From Ignavibacteriota bacterium (GTDB lineage: Bacteria; Bacteroidota; Ignavibacteria; Ignavibacteriales; Melioribacteraceae): a stretch of DNA of 64,000 bases. The notes beneath the pieces were generated by a model, which did not search any database, was not told the DNA's origin, and was given only the letters and a program-made list of their open reading frames with translations. Below are positions 8,778 through 19,000 of this stretch, one piece after another (position 1 is the stretch's first letter; every line of letters begins with the position of its first letter). The position numbers and the translations under genes were made by a program. The stretch spans positions 1,422-65,421 of the forward strand of contig PAAX01000001.1 in assembly GCA_002698995.1 (NCBI GenBank), read 5' to 3'.

Positions 8778-9614
8778 ATGACACTCCACGAAGAAATAAA
8801 GAACATACTTTTAGAAAATGGTAAGCCACTAACCACTTCTCAAATTGCTGACTTTGTAAATGATCGAAAAATATACTTAAAAAGAGATAATTCAAAAGTA
8901 TCCTCATTTCAGATTCATGGACGAACTAAAAATTATTCCAATATATTCTTAAGGAATAAAACTATAGTTGGACTTAGAAATCGTGACGAAGCTTTGATGA
9001 ATTCAGATGAGTTTAATTCCGAAGAACCAAACTATCAAGCAAATAATCCAATTATTAATTTCATGTTTAATCAGGGCCATACCGAATTTAATGATCTTAT
9101 AAATGTAGATAAAATAAAGTTTCTGATTGATAATGGGTTTATAAATTTGGGCAAAATAAAACATTTATTGATAGAAGGGCTTCCGCAAATTTCAGAACTT
9201 CAATCAAGTGGGCTTTATGCTATTACAGCTTATGAAAATTATAAACCGAGCTATTATAACCATCAAGAAGCAATTGAAAATGGGAATGTAGTATCGCCAT
9301 GGGAAGCTTCGAGATTAATAAATAAATGGGTAGATGGGGCAGAGATCCTCTATTATGGACTTGCTGGAGCGAAATCAAGTCGACCATTAAAAGTAAGGTT
9401 GAATGATTTACTTAAACATGCATTTGGTGATATAACTGAAAGAGGTCCACATAAAGGGGGAGAAATAATATGGCAATTAAAGAATTGGCAAGATTTTGAA
9501 TTATGGGCACTCCCAACTGGAGCACCACCAGAACCCAGAGATAAAGAATATTTGCTGCTCAAGAAATTTTACGAGACTACAGGGAAACTGCCATTTGCTA
9601 ATAGACAATTTTAA
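8778..9614 (+). CDS. HARE-HTH-like winged helix fused to a GIY-YIG-like nuclease domain
   Basis: N-terminus MTLHEEIKNILLENGKPLTTSQIADFV...IVGLRN parallels the modules in the 5339 ORF. The C-terminus has SGLYAIT ... ILYYGLAG ... RLNDLL ... PHKGG ... DKEYLLL ... LPFANRQ, matching the GIY / YIG / R / H / E / N order of GIY-YIG nucleases with a long insert between GIY and YIG. Confidence 0.6.
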   Translation: MTLHEEIKNILLENGKPLTTSQIADFVNDRKIYLKRDNSKVSSFQIHGRTKNYSNIFLRNKTIVGLRNRDEALMNSDEFNSEEPNYQANNPIINFMFNQGHTEFNDLINVDKIKFLIDNGFINLGKIKHLLIEGLPQISELQSSGLYAITAYENYKPSYYNHQEAIENGNVVSPWEASRLINKWVDGAEILYYGLAGAKSSRPLKVRLNDLLKHAFGDITERGPHKGGEIIWQLKNWQDFELWALPTGAPPEPRDKEYLLLKKFYETTGKLPFANRQF

Positions 9615-9629
9615 TAAAGAGGTAATAAA

Positions 9630-10994
9630 ATGAGAAGTAATTACACTGAAGTAATCGAATGTCCTAAGTGTGGAGAACAAATTAAATTGACTGAGGCCTT
9701 GATAGGTCATATTGAATCAGATCTTAAAAAAACCTTATCAGAAGAAAATAATCAAAAAATTGAACAAGCAAAGAAAGAAGCCGCTAAAAAGGCATTAGAA
9801 GAACGTGAAAATGAATTTGTAGATTTGAGAAATCAACTTGCAGAAAAGCAAACAAAAATCGATAAGCTTAATTCCAAAGAACTCGAATTGAATAAGAAAG
9901 CAAGAGAGTTAGAAGAAAAAGAAAATTCCATTACCAATGAATTGGAAAAACGCCTTAACAGTGAGAGGACTAAATTAATAGCACAAGGACGTGAACAAGC
10001 TACAAAGAATGTAACGCTTGAAGTTCAAGACCTAAAAGAGCAACTTAATGAGGCAACTAAAAGGGTCGAAAATTTGACGAAAAAAGAACTTGATCTTCGT
10101 AAGGAAAAGCGAGAGTTAGAAAATGCTAGGAAGGAATTGGAATTGGAAAAACAGCGAGAAATAGATTCAATGCGAGAAGAGATTTATAAACAAGCAAAGA
10201 ATGAGTCTGATGTAGATTACAAATTAAAAATTAGGGAGCGAGATGAGCAGTTAAAGCAGATGAATAAAAAGATTGAAGAACTTCAAAGAAAAGCTGAACA
10301 AGGATCTCAGCAATTGCAGGGTGAAGCACAAGAATTAGAACTAGAAGATTTTTTGAAATATAATTTCCCTTTAGATGATATAGAACCCATTGCCAAAGGT
10401 CAAAAAGGTGCTGATATAATACAAAAAGTTAAAAATGAATTCGGGGCTGAATGTGGTATAATATTATGGGAATCAAAAAGAACAAAGGATTTTGGAAATA
10501 AATGGATAGCTAAATTAAAAGAAGACCAGAGAGAAACCAAAGCAAATATTGCAGTAATTATTACGGAAGTACTTCCAGAAAATATAAATAATTTTGGAGT
10601 GATTGATGGAGTATGGGTAGGGAGTTTTCAATCAACTCTTGGTATTGCCACAGCGCTGCGTGAAAATCTTATCCAAATATTTAACCTACGTCAATCAGAA
10701 GTTGGAAAGAATCAAAAGATGGACGCTCTTTATGGATATTTAACGAGTCATGAATTTGCACAAAGAATTGAATCAATTATTGAAGCATTTGATGCTTTGG
10801 AGGGACAAATTAAAACCGAAAGAAAAGCATTTGAGAAACAATGGAATGAAAGGGCTAAACTGCTCTCTCAAGTAATGAAAAATACTGTTGGTCTTCATGG
10901 CGATCTAAAAGGGATAATAGGCAAAACCTTACCTGAAATAGAGGGATTATCCTTAGAGGACAAGTCATCTTTCTCTGAGCTAAATTTAATTTAA
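9630..10994 (+). CDS. DUF2130-family protein (zinc-ribbon N-terminus, long coiled coil, restriction-endonuclease-like C-terminal domain)
   Basis: CPKCGEQ at the N-terminus, then about 230 aa of E/K-rich coiled coil. C-terminus reads GADIIQKV...GIILWESKRTKDFGNKWIAKLKEDQ, a D...ExK-type core typical of DUF2130. An SD-like AGAGG lies upstream. Confidence 0.7.
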   Translation: MRSNYTEVIECPKCGEQIKLTEALIGHIESDLKKTLSEENNQKIEQAKKEAAKKALEERENEFVDLRNQLAEKQTKIDKLNSKELELNKKARELEEKENSITNELEKRLNSERTKLIAQGREQATKNVTLEVQDLKEQLNEATKRVENLTKKELDLRKEKRELENARKELELEKQREIDSMREEIYKQAKNESDVDYKLKIRERDEQLKQMNKKIEELQRKAEQGSQQLQGEAQELELEDFLKYNFPLDDIEPIAKGQKGADIIQKVKNEFGAECGIILWESKRTKDFGNKWIAKLKEDQRETKANIAVIITEVLPENINNFGVIDGVWVGSFQSTLGIATALRENLIQIFNLRQSEVGKNQKMDALYGYLTSHEFAQRIESIIEAFDALEGQIKTERKAFEKQWNERAKLLSQVMKNTVGLHGDLKGIIGKTLPEIEGLSLEDKSSFSELNLI

Positions 10995-11120
10995 CTTGAT
11001 TATACATTAAATCAGACACAATAAAATAGGATTAATTTCAAAATGAGTGAACATTGAATGTAGTTGATTATCATATTTTTTTGAATCATTTAGAATTAAA
11101 AATATACCTAACTAATTTTT

Positions 11121-11143
11121 GGCAGCAAACTTAATTTGCTGCC
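11121..11143 (+). other. Perfect 9-bp stem hairpin GGCAGCAAA-cttaa-TTTGCTGCC
   Basis: Read directly from the sequence. Only a weak T-tract follows, so a terminator role is uncertain. Confidence 0.3.
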
Positions 11144-11346
11144 TATTTATAGTAAGATAGAAAATTTAATAAGAACGTAAGATTCAGAAATTCTGTTTTT
11201 GAGAATAATATTATTAATGAACAAATCGAATTCGATGTTTAAGTTAAAGTGTCACTCTTTTGTCACTGGTTTTAATAAAATGCTCGATTTTGGCGTGAAT
11301 TCGCAATAATTATAGATTATGAGCAGACTCCCTGACTCTCCGCGAG

Positions 11347-11382
11347 AGCCTGTTTAATTAAGTTTAAGCAGGCTTTTTTATT
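11347..11382 (+). terminator. Rho-independent terminator-like hairpin plus T-tract with no adjacent ORF
   Basis: AGCCTGTTTAA-ttaagt-TTAAGCAGGCT (one G-U position) followed by TTTTTTATT. It lies about 350 nt after the DUF2130 stop and about 200 nt before the next gene. Confidence 0.5.
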
Positions 11383-11576
11383 ATCTCCAATAGAGATCAT
11401 AATACTCAGTACCTTAATAAGTTAATTGGAAGTCTTCTTTTTTGATTTTTTTTAATTAACGGCATCGAATTAAATATTTAATTAAAAGTTCAAATTCCTC
11501 TCTTTATTAATTGTTAGAATTATTCTCTTGCAAACATTTAAGTGGTTTATTAACTTTGAAATAAAAAGTACTTTGT

Positions 11577-12194
11577 ATGAGAAAAGAAAAAAATTACATT
11601 CAAGATATTGCTGAAATTCGCTCTATGATGGAACGATCTTCCAAATTCCTTTCGCTATCCGGATGGGCTGGTGCAATGGCTGGTATTTATGCTTTAATCG
11701 GATTTTATATTGTTAATTCCATTCTGGATTTTAATCCCACTTTAATTTTGTACGATACAATAGATTCATTTCCCATTATTAATTATGTCTTTATTACGGC
11801 GATTTTAGTTTTAGTGCTTGCAGTTGCAACTGCAGTTTATCTTTCTTACAAAAGAGCAGTAAAAATAGGCGAGAGTATCTGGAATTCTACTTCTAAAAGA
11901 CTACTTGCCGATATGGGAATACCGTTAGCAGTTGGCGGAATTCTGATTTTAATTTTCATTTCAAAGAATCTTATCGGTTTAATTATTCCTTTTACGTTAC
12001 TCTTTTATGGTTTGGCTTTATACAACACAAGCAAGTTTACTTATAATGAAGTAAAGTACTTGGGAATTATTCAGATGTTACTGGGATTAATTGCTCTATT
12101 ATTTATTGAGTATAGTATTTATTTTTGGGCACTTGGATTTGGAATGGTTCATATTATTTATGGAGTTTATCTTCACTATAGATATGAAAGGTGA
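11577..12194 (+). CDS. Integral membrane protein, function unknown
   Basis: Several hydrophobic helices. 4-nt overlap with the downstream regulator gene. Confidence 0.7.
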   Translation: MRKEKNYIQDIAEIRSMMERSSKFLSLSGWAGAMAGIYALIGFYIVNSILDFNPTLILYDTIDSFPIINYVFITAILVLVLAVATAVYLSYKRAVKIGESIWNSTSKRLLADMGIPLAVGGILILIFISKNLIGLIIPFTLLFYGLALYNTSKFTYNEVKYLGIIQMLLGLIALLFIEYSIYFWALGFGMVHIIYGVYLHYRYER

Positions 12195-12490
12195 AAATGC
12201 TGATTGATGAATTACATAAGGCATTTGAAAGTCGTGTTAGACTTGGGATTATGTCAGTTTTAGCAGTAAACGATAAGCTCGATTTTAATTCACTGAAGCA
12301 ATATCTCAATGTAACTGACGGTAATCTTGCAAGCCATATTAAAGCTTTGGAAAAATTAAAGTTTATCGGTGTAGAGAAATCTTTTATTGACAGGAAACCA
12401 AACACAAAATATTACATTACCAAAGAAGGGAAGAAAGCTTTTAATCATCATCTTAAAGCGTTAGAGAATTTAATAAAAGCACAGAAGTAA
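12191..12490 (+). CDS. Small winged-helix transcriptional regulator
   Basis: RVRLGIMSVLAVNDKLDFNSLKQYLNVTDGNLASHIKALEKLKFI is a typical wHTH recognition segment. Confidence 0.7.
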   Translation: MKMLIDELHKAFESRVRLGIMSVLAVNDKLDFNSLKQYLNVTDGNLASHIKALEKLKFIGVEKSFIDRKPNTKYYITKEGKKAFNHHLKALENLIKAQK

Positions 12491-12552
12491 CAAAATTTTT
12501 TATCAATCAACTTTGTAATTCAAAGTTCTTTTATGAAAATGGAGAGGAAAAA

Positions 12553-13137
12553 ATGACAGTAAAAAATGATTTATTAAAAGCGGCATATATACCGGCAATT
12601 GCTTCAACACTTTTCTTAATTATTCCTTTAACTGGAATGTTGCTGAACACAGGAGTTAACTGGGGATTTTTTGATTTTATTTTTGCCTGGGTGCTTATTT
12701 TCGGTTCGGGATTCACTTACAAATTTATTACTTCAAAAATTAGTAATACAAAATATAAAGCTGCTTTGGGAATTGCTGTTTTTACATCTCTGTTTATTGT
12801 ATGGTCTAATCTTGCAGTTGGTATTATTGGTTCGGAAGATAATCCGGTTAACTTAATTTATTTTGTTATGTTATTTGCAGTTATAATTGGTGGAGTTGCC
12901 GTCAAATTTCAGCCAAAGGGATTGTCGATTTTAATGCTTGCTGCTGCAGCTGCTCATGGTCTTATTCCTTTTGCCGCAGTTCTTTTAATTGGAACAGAAA
13001 ATATAGAACGATTCACTCGTGAGATGAATGCACTGATTGTAATACATTTATTCATAATTATGTTATGGACAATTTCCGGTTTATTATTCAGATACTCTGC
13101 CCAAGATAAATTAAAGAATGAAGAAATAAGTAAATGA
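12553..13137 (+). CDS. Integral membrane protein, function unknown
   Basis: Five to six predicted TM helices. Confidence 0.65.
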   Translation: MTVKNDLLKAAYIPAIASTLFLIIPLTGMLLNTGVNWGFFDFIFAWVLIFGSGFTYKFITSKISNTKYKAALGIAVFTSLFIVWSNLAVGIIGSEDNPVNLIYFVMLFAVIIGGVAVKFQPKGLSILMLAAAAAHGLIPFAAVLLIGTENIERFTREMNALIVIHLFIIMLWTISGLLFRYSAQDKLKNEEISK

Positions 13138-13220
13138 AATTTACCGTACTTGGATGTTTTTTGAAAAAAATCGGAAATGAATGAGTTCAACAAAAAATTA
13201 AAATAGAATTCATTTTTTTC

Positions 13221-15896
13221 TTAAAAGATTACTCTAAATTTTGAGCCGAAACCTTTTTTGCTTTCAACTTCTATATGTGCATTGTTCATTTCGCAATAGT
13301 TTTTAACAAGAGCTAATCCTAGTCCGTTACCTTCAAATTTTCTGGAATAACCTTGATACTCTTGTCTGAACGGCTCAAATATTAATGATTTATTTTCTTC
13401 ATTAATTCCTATGCCGGTATCGGCAACTTCTGCAATTAATTTTTCTTTATTGAAGTAAGTTATCACTTCAATTTGTCCTTTATTAGTATACTTAATTGCG
13501 TTATCAATAAGGTTGGCAAAAATTTGTCTTATTGTATATTCATCAACTGTAATTACAGAGGAATCATTACAAAGATTTGATTTTAGTGTTAAACCTTTTG
13601 TTTTTGCGGTTAATGAAAACTCGGCAATCAATTTTTTAAGAACTTCATTAATATCAACTTCTTGAGGATTATAATCATAACTGCCGGCTTGAACATCCGA
13701 CATATCAAGGATTAGATCAATTGTTCTAATCAATCTGTTTCCGGCATTAGAAATAATATCAAAACTTTCTTTTAGATCTTCATCAATATCATTACTTATT
13801 TCATCTTTTAATAAACTTGTAAAACTAAGCATTGCATTAATAGGAGTTCTAATTTCATGTGACATCTGCGCAAGGAACTCAGATTTAAGTCGGTTCGATT
13901 TTTCTGCTTCTTCTTTTGCTTTTTTTAATTCTTCTTCATGAATTTTCTTTTCTGTAATATCTCGTATTACTACTAGTACAGTATCTTCTGAATTTTTGAT
14001 TATTCTTGCATTGAAATATTTTGTTCCGGCTGGGACTTCAAGGTAATAATCAAATTGAGTAAGTCTATCATTTCTAATTGTAGAATTAATTGCATCCATA
14101 TATCTACTTACTAAATCAGCTTCTAAAAATTGATTTATATTATTGCCGATTAAAGTAGATTTTGGATTTACCAGCAGTTCATCTTTAGGTGTGTGAATGT
14201 CAACATAATTTCCGTCTTTATCCAGTACAAAGAGAATATCCGGAATTGTATCAATAAGTGATTTCAATCTTTTTTCATTCTTCTCGATTATTTCTCTATT
14301 TAAAATTTCGGAAGTAATATCTTCTTTGTAACCATATGCTTCGTATAAATTTTCATTTATTTGTTTGCATAAACCTCTTGATCTTATAAATTTTATTTTA
14401 TTAGAATTAGTTATAATTCTGTACTCAACATCAATATTATGAAATCGATTTTTTACACTCTCCTTAATTTCACTATATAACTTTTCTTTGTCATCAGGAT
14501 GAACATAATCAATATAATTTGCAAAGCTGTTTCCTATTTTAGATTGAGGTCCAACTTCAAGCAAATCATTTATAATAGGGGAGAAGTAATTTGAAAGAAT
14601 ATTAGCATCTTTGTCAAAAGTTGTTTTCCAAATGTTAATCGGTATTGATGAAACAACTCTTTCATATTCTTCAAGTATTTGTTCTTTTGCATTTTCTGCA
14701 TTTTTTCGTTCATCAATATTTTGAATAATTCCAATTACTTTGGTCGGAATTCCGTTCTCATCTCTTTGCGATATTTTTCCGGTATCGTGGTACCAAAAAT
14801 ATTCATCTTGTGAATTTTTTATTCTGAACTCAACATTGTATGAATCTGCTGAACCATTTAAATAATTTTGAAGTGCGGTACTTGTTTTTTTTCTGTCATC
14901 GGGATGCATAATCTCAAATACTGAATTATAACTGCTTGGTGCATTTTTACCAGAATAACCGAGTGTTATATTTCTGTTTGCATCGGAATGAATTTCTCCG
15001 CTTTTTATGTCCCATTCCCACCACGAAAGTTTTGCAGTATCCATAGCGAGATTAAGTTTTTCAACAATTGATAAGAGCTTTGCTTCCGAATCTCGAATCT
15101 GCTCTTCATTATTCTTACTCTCAGTTATATCTTCCTTAATTCCCAGAAAATGAGTTATAATATTGTTGAAATCCTTGATAGGAGTAATTGTTAAATATTC
15201 CCAAAAGTATTCACCATTTTTCTTTCTGTTGCAGATTTCACCTTCCCAGCTTCTCCCCGAAAGTATTGTTTCCCACATTTCTTTATAAAAGTTTTTATCA
15301 TGATTCCCGGACTGAATAAAATTAAGTTTTTTATTCTTAACTTCTTGAAAAGAGTAACCGGTTAGTTCCTCAAATTTTGTATTAACGTAAATGAGTCTCC
15401 CTTCAATATCGGTTACAACAACTGTTGCCGGAGAACTTTCAATTCCTTTGGTTAAAATTTCTAAGCGTCTGTCTGTATTAATCTTGTCGGTTATATCAGT
15501 AATAAAACCATTCAGAAAAATTGCATTTCCTAATTCGTCATATTCAATTAAGGTAAAATCATCAACCCATTTAGGTTGTTTATCTTTAGTTATTATTCGG
15601 TATGGTTTATGCCGGTAAGATTCATTTTTAAGATTAATATTCGCTAAGATTTCATTCTGAACTCTATTAATATCATCGGGATGAACAATTACATCATAAA
15701 GTTTTTTCTTAGTATAAAATTCGTCTACTGAATAGCCGTAAAGATCAATGCAGTTTTCGGTTGCATATTTAACATCCCAGTTCTCGGAAACCTTCCATCT
15801 AAAAAATACAATATGACTTTTAGAAAATACTTTTGGAAGAACTGTTGAAATGTCGAATTGCTCTTTAACTTCTCCTTTTTCTTTCTCCATACTCAA
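13221..15896 (-). CDS. Multi-PAS sensor histidine kinase
   Basis: H-box SHEIRTPINA, N-box NLIDNAIKYT, G-boxes DTGIGI and GNGLGLA. Repeated PAS/PAC segments upstream. Confidence 0.9.
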   Translation of the reverse strand: MSMEKEKGEVKEQFDISTVLPKVFSKSHIVFFRWKVSENWDVKYATENCIDLYGYSVDEFYTKKKLYDVIVHPDDINRVQNEILANINLKNESYRHKPYRIITKDKQPKWVDDFTLIEYDELGNAIFLNGFITDITDKINTDRRLEILTKGIESSPATVVVTDIEGRLIYVNTKFEELTGYSFQEVKNKKLNFIQSGNHDKNFYKEMWETILSGRSWEGEICNRKKNGEYFWEYLTITPIKDFNNIITHFLGIKEDITESKNNEEQIRDSEAKLLSIVEKLNLAMDTAKLSWWEWDIKSGEIHSDANRNITLGYSGKNAPSSYNSVFEIMHPDDRKKTSTALQNYLNGSADSYNVEFRIKNSQDEYFWYHDTGKISQRDENGIPTKVIGIIQNIDERKNAENAKEQILEEYERVVSSIPINIWKTTFDKDANILSNYFSPIINDLLEVGPQSKIGNSFANYIDYVHPDDKEKLYSEIKESVKNRFHNIDVEYRIITNSNKIKFIRSRGLCKQINENLYEAYGYKEDITSEILNREIIEKNEKRLKSLIDTIPDILFVLDKDGNYVDIHTPKDELLVNPKSTLIGNNINQFLEADLVSRYMDAINSTIRNDRLTQFDYYLEVPAGTKYFNARIIKNSEDTVLVVIRDITEKKIHEEELKKAKEEAEKSNRLKSEFLAQMSHEIRTPINAMLSFTSLLKDEISNDIDEDLKESFDIISNAGNRLIRTIDLILDMSDVQAGSYDYNPQEVDINEVLKKLIAEFSLTAKTKGLTLKSNLCNDSSVITVDEYTIRQIFANLIDNAIKYTNKGQIEVITYFNKEKLIAEVADTGIGINEENKSLIFEPFRQEYQGYSRKFEGNGLGLALVKNYCEMNNAHIEVESKKGFGSKFRVIF

Positions 15897-16058
15897 TTTT
15901 CCGAATTCAAATAGCGTTATAACTTTATTATCGGTAATTATATGAAATAATTGAGGGTAAAGTTGAAATTAAATGGACTGTAAATACTGATATTATTTGA
16001 AATAATGATTAGAAAAAGTAGAGATTCCGTTGTAATTACGGAATCTCTATTAATAATT

Positions 16059-19000
16059 TTATTTTCTGATAGGATCTTTAGGTGGTTCGGGAAGCTTATA
16101 GTTATATTCTTTTATTTCTTGAATTATGACCTCTATTGCTTTTTCAAGCTGAGCATCTTTCCCTTCGTATTCTTCTGCGGGATCGTTATCAACATAAATA
16201 TCCGGTTCTACTCCAATTCCTTCAATTATCCAATTTTTACCTTCCGTATCATAAGGACCAAATTCCGGAGTGTTCAAATAACCACCGTCAACAAATGGAG
16301 TTGATCCTGCAATACCAATTACTCCTCCCCAGCTTCTTTTACCTATTAATTTGCCGAGTTTATGTTTTTTGAATCTGTATGGAAAAAGATCACCATCGGA
16401 AGCAGAAAATTCATCAAGCAGAGTAACTTTGGGACCCAAATGCATTTCACTTGGATTTGTGCGTGGAGGATTATTTCTAAATACACTAACCATTGCAAGT
16501 TCTCTTCTTAATCTTTCAATAAGCATCGGCGATACATTGCCTCCGCCGTTTCCTCTAACGTCAATTATTAATCCCTCTTTATTTAGCTGTGGATAAAAAT
16601 GTTTAACAAATTCATTTAATCCTTCAACTCCCATATTAGGTACATGGATATATCCAACTTTACCATTTGATGCTTCATTCACTTTTTTAATGTTTCCCTG
16701 CACCCAGTTATAGTAATACAGAGATGATTCATCAGATATTGGAATAACGGTTACTTTTCTTGAACCTTTTTCTGAAGGAGATGAATTAACTTCAAGAACT
16801 ACCTGCTTATTTGCTTTATCAATTAATGCTTCATAAAAATTATTTAATTCTTTGGTGGAAATTCCGTTTACTGAAATTATATAGTCCCCTTCATTAACAT
16901 TTACACCCAATTCAGTTAAAGGTGATCTCAACTCATCATCCCAGTTTGCTCCTTCAAGAATATTTTTTATTTGATAGTATTTTGAATCTTTATCGCGTAC
17001 AATATCAGCTCCGAGTAATCCTAATTTAATTTTATCTATCTGCGGATAATCTCCTCCGCCTACGTAAGCATGACCAATATTTAATTCGCCAATCATTTCA
17101 CCAATTACATAAGTTAAATCAATTCTGTGATTTACATACTTCAATAATGGCTCATACCTTTTCTTCATTTCTTTCCAATCAACACCATGCATATTTTCAA
17201 CATAGAAGAAATCCCGCATTTGTCTCCAAGCCTGATCGAATATCTGAGCCCATTCTTCTGTTCTTGTCAGATTCATTTTTAGATCATTCAAATTAAGTGA
17301 ACTGCTCAAATCCAGTTTTCCTTTAGGCAGATCAGTTATATAATAATTGCCGTTTGTGTTTACTAAAATTTTCTTTTCATCTGCAGAGATTTCGTATCCG
17401 TTAATATCACCAAGTTCTGTTTCTTTCTGCTTTTTAAGATCGTAAACCATAAACTTAGTTTTACTATCGTCACTTCCTCTGCGGAGGTAATAGATATTAT
17501 TTTCTAAAGCTTTCAGACTGAAATAATTGGAAGATTTAACCGGGAGTTTAATTATTCTATCAAGTATTCCATCAAAATCAACTTTTACTGATTTGTTTTC
17601 ATCATTAATTTCTTTTTTCTCATCAGTTGATTTACCATCTGTTTCTTCTTTTATTTTTACTTCGTCGTTTGTTGGTTCAAAAGGATTTTTCACTTCCTTA
17701 TTCAAAGCAATAAGATAAATTCCATCCATATCTGTATAAGCATGATTCCACTCTGTCCAACTGTAGGTAGGACTAAAATTTCTAGCTGAAATAAATACAA
17801 CAAAATTTCCATCTGAAGAAAAAACGGGAGATGATGATGAATTCCATCCATCAGAAATAGGAGTAACTTTTTTATTCTCCAACGAATAGAGATAAATTTT
17901 ACTCATAGAATTTTCTTCCGGTTTAGAGAAAGTAATCCATTTACTGTCCGGAGACCAATCTGCAGTAAGAGTTCTTCCTCTATCGGATTTAAATACTAAT
18001 ACTTCATCTTTGGATTCAACATCAACATATTTAATGTTAAGTTCTCTATCAGTCCATAAAATCTTTTTACTGTCCGGCGACCATGCAATTCCATATTTAT
18101 AAGCACCTTTGCTGTTTGTAAGCTGAATTTCATTTTCGCTTCCGTCTTGTGCTGTAATATAAATTTCGTCTTCACCGGTTTTATCAGAAATATAGGCAAT
18201 ATACTTTCCATCAGGTGACCATTTTGAATTTCTTTCATGAACTCCTGAACTGTTGGTAAGATTTCTCGTAATTCCTTTTTCAGAAGGAACTGTAAAAACA
18301 TCTCCTCTTGCACCAAAAAGTGCTCTATTTCCATCCGGAGAAATTTCATAATTTGAAATATCATTCTTAACGGAAATAAGTTCAGATCTGTTGTTTAAAA
18401 AGTCTTCGTTAATAGTTATTGTAATTTTATTATAGCTGTTTGAAGATGCATCAAACACATAAATATAGCCGGCATTTTCAAAAACAATCAGGTTACTATT
18501 TATTGAAGGAAACTTTATATCAAAATCAGTGAAGTTAGTATGCTGAACGGTTTCCTTAGTATTCAAATCATATGAAAAAAGATTCATTCTTTTATTTTCA
18601 TCTCTATCGGAAAGAAAATAAATCTTATCATTGAACCACATTGGAATTATATCTTGAGCTTCATTATTAGTAATGTTTATTGTTTCCTTTGTTTTGAAAT
18701 CATAAACCCAAATATCATCAGCCATTCCGCCGCGGTATTTTTTCCAAGTTCTAAATTCTCTGAAAACTCTATTGTATGCCAGCTTGGAATCATCACTAGA
18801 GTAACTAGCAAATCCACCTCTTGGTAAAGGAAGCTCTGCTTCAATTTCCGAATTGAGATTTGCGAGATATAGCTTTCCTTTAAAACTATTAAATTCTGCT
18901 TTGCGTGATCTGAATAGAATGTTTTTGTTATCGTTTGTCCATCCAATCACTAAATTATTTGGACCCATTCTATCTGAGACATCGTCTCTGCTTAATGTTG

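Noticed and set aside
11320-11346. GC-rich stretch CAGACTCCCTGACTCTCCGCGA as a tRNA 3'-end remnant (att site)
   Set aside because: The resemblance to a T-arm/acceptor 3' end is vague. There is no GGTTCGAATCC-type T-loop, no CCA context and no integrase nearby. It is mentioned under the boundary finding only as a possibility.
16005-16596. Plus-strand ORFs (99, 78 and 81 aa) and other 60-150-aa antisense ORFs listed inside large genes, such as 1276-1467, 2141-2602, 7042-7278, 17996-18364 and 47848-48090
   Set aside because: All are embedded antisense or out of frame within long, motif-supported genes. They have low-complexity or hydrophobic AT-rich-codon compositions typical of shadow ORFs.
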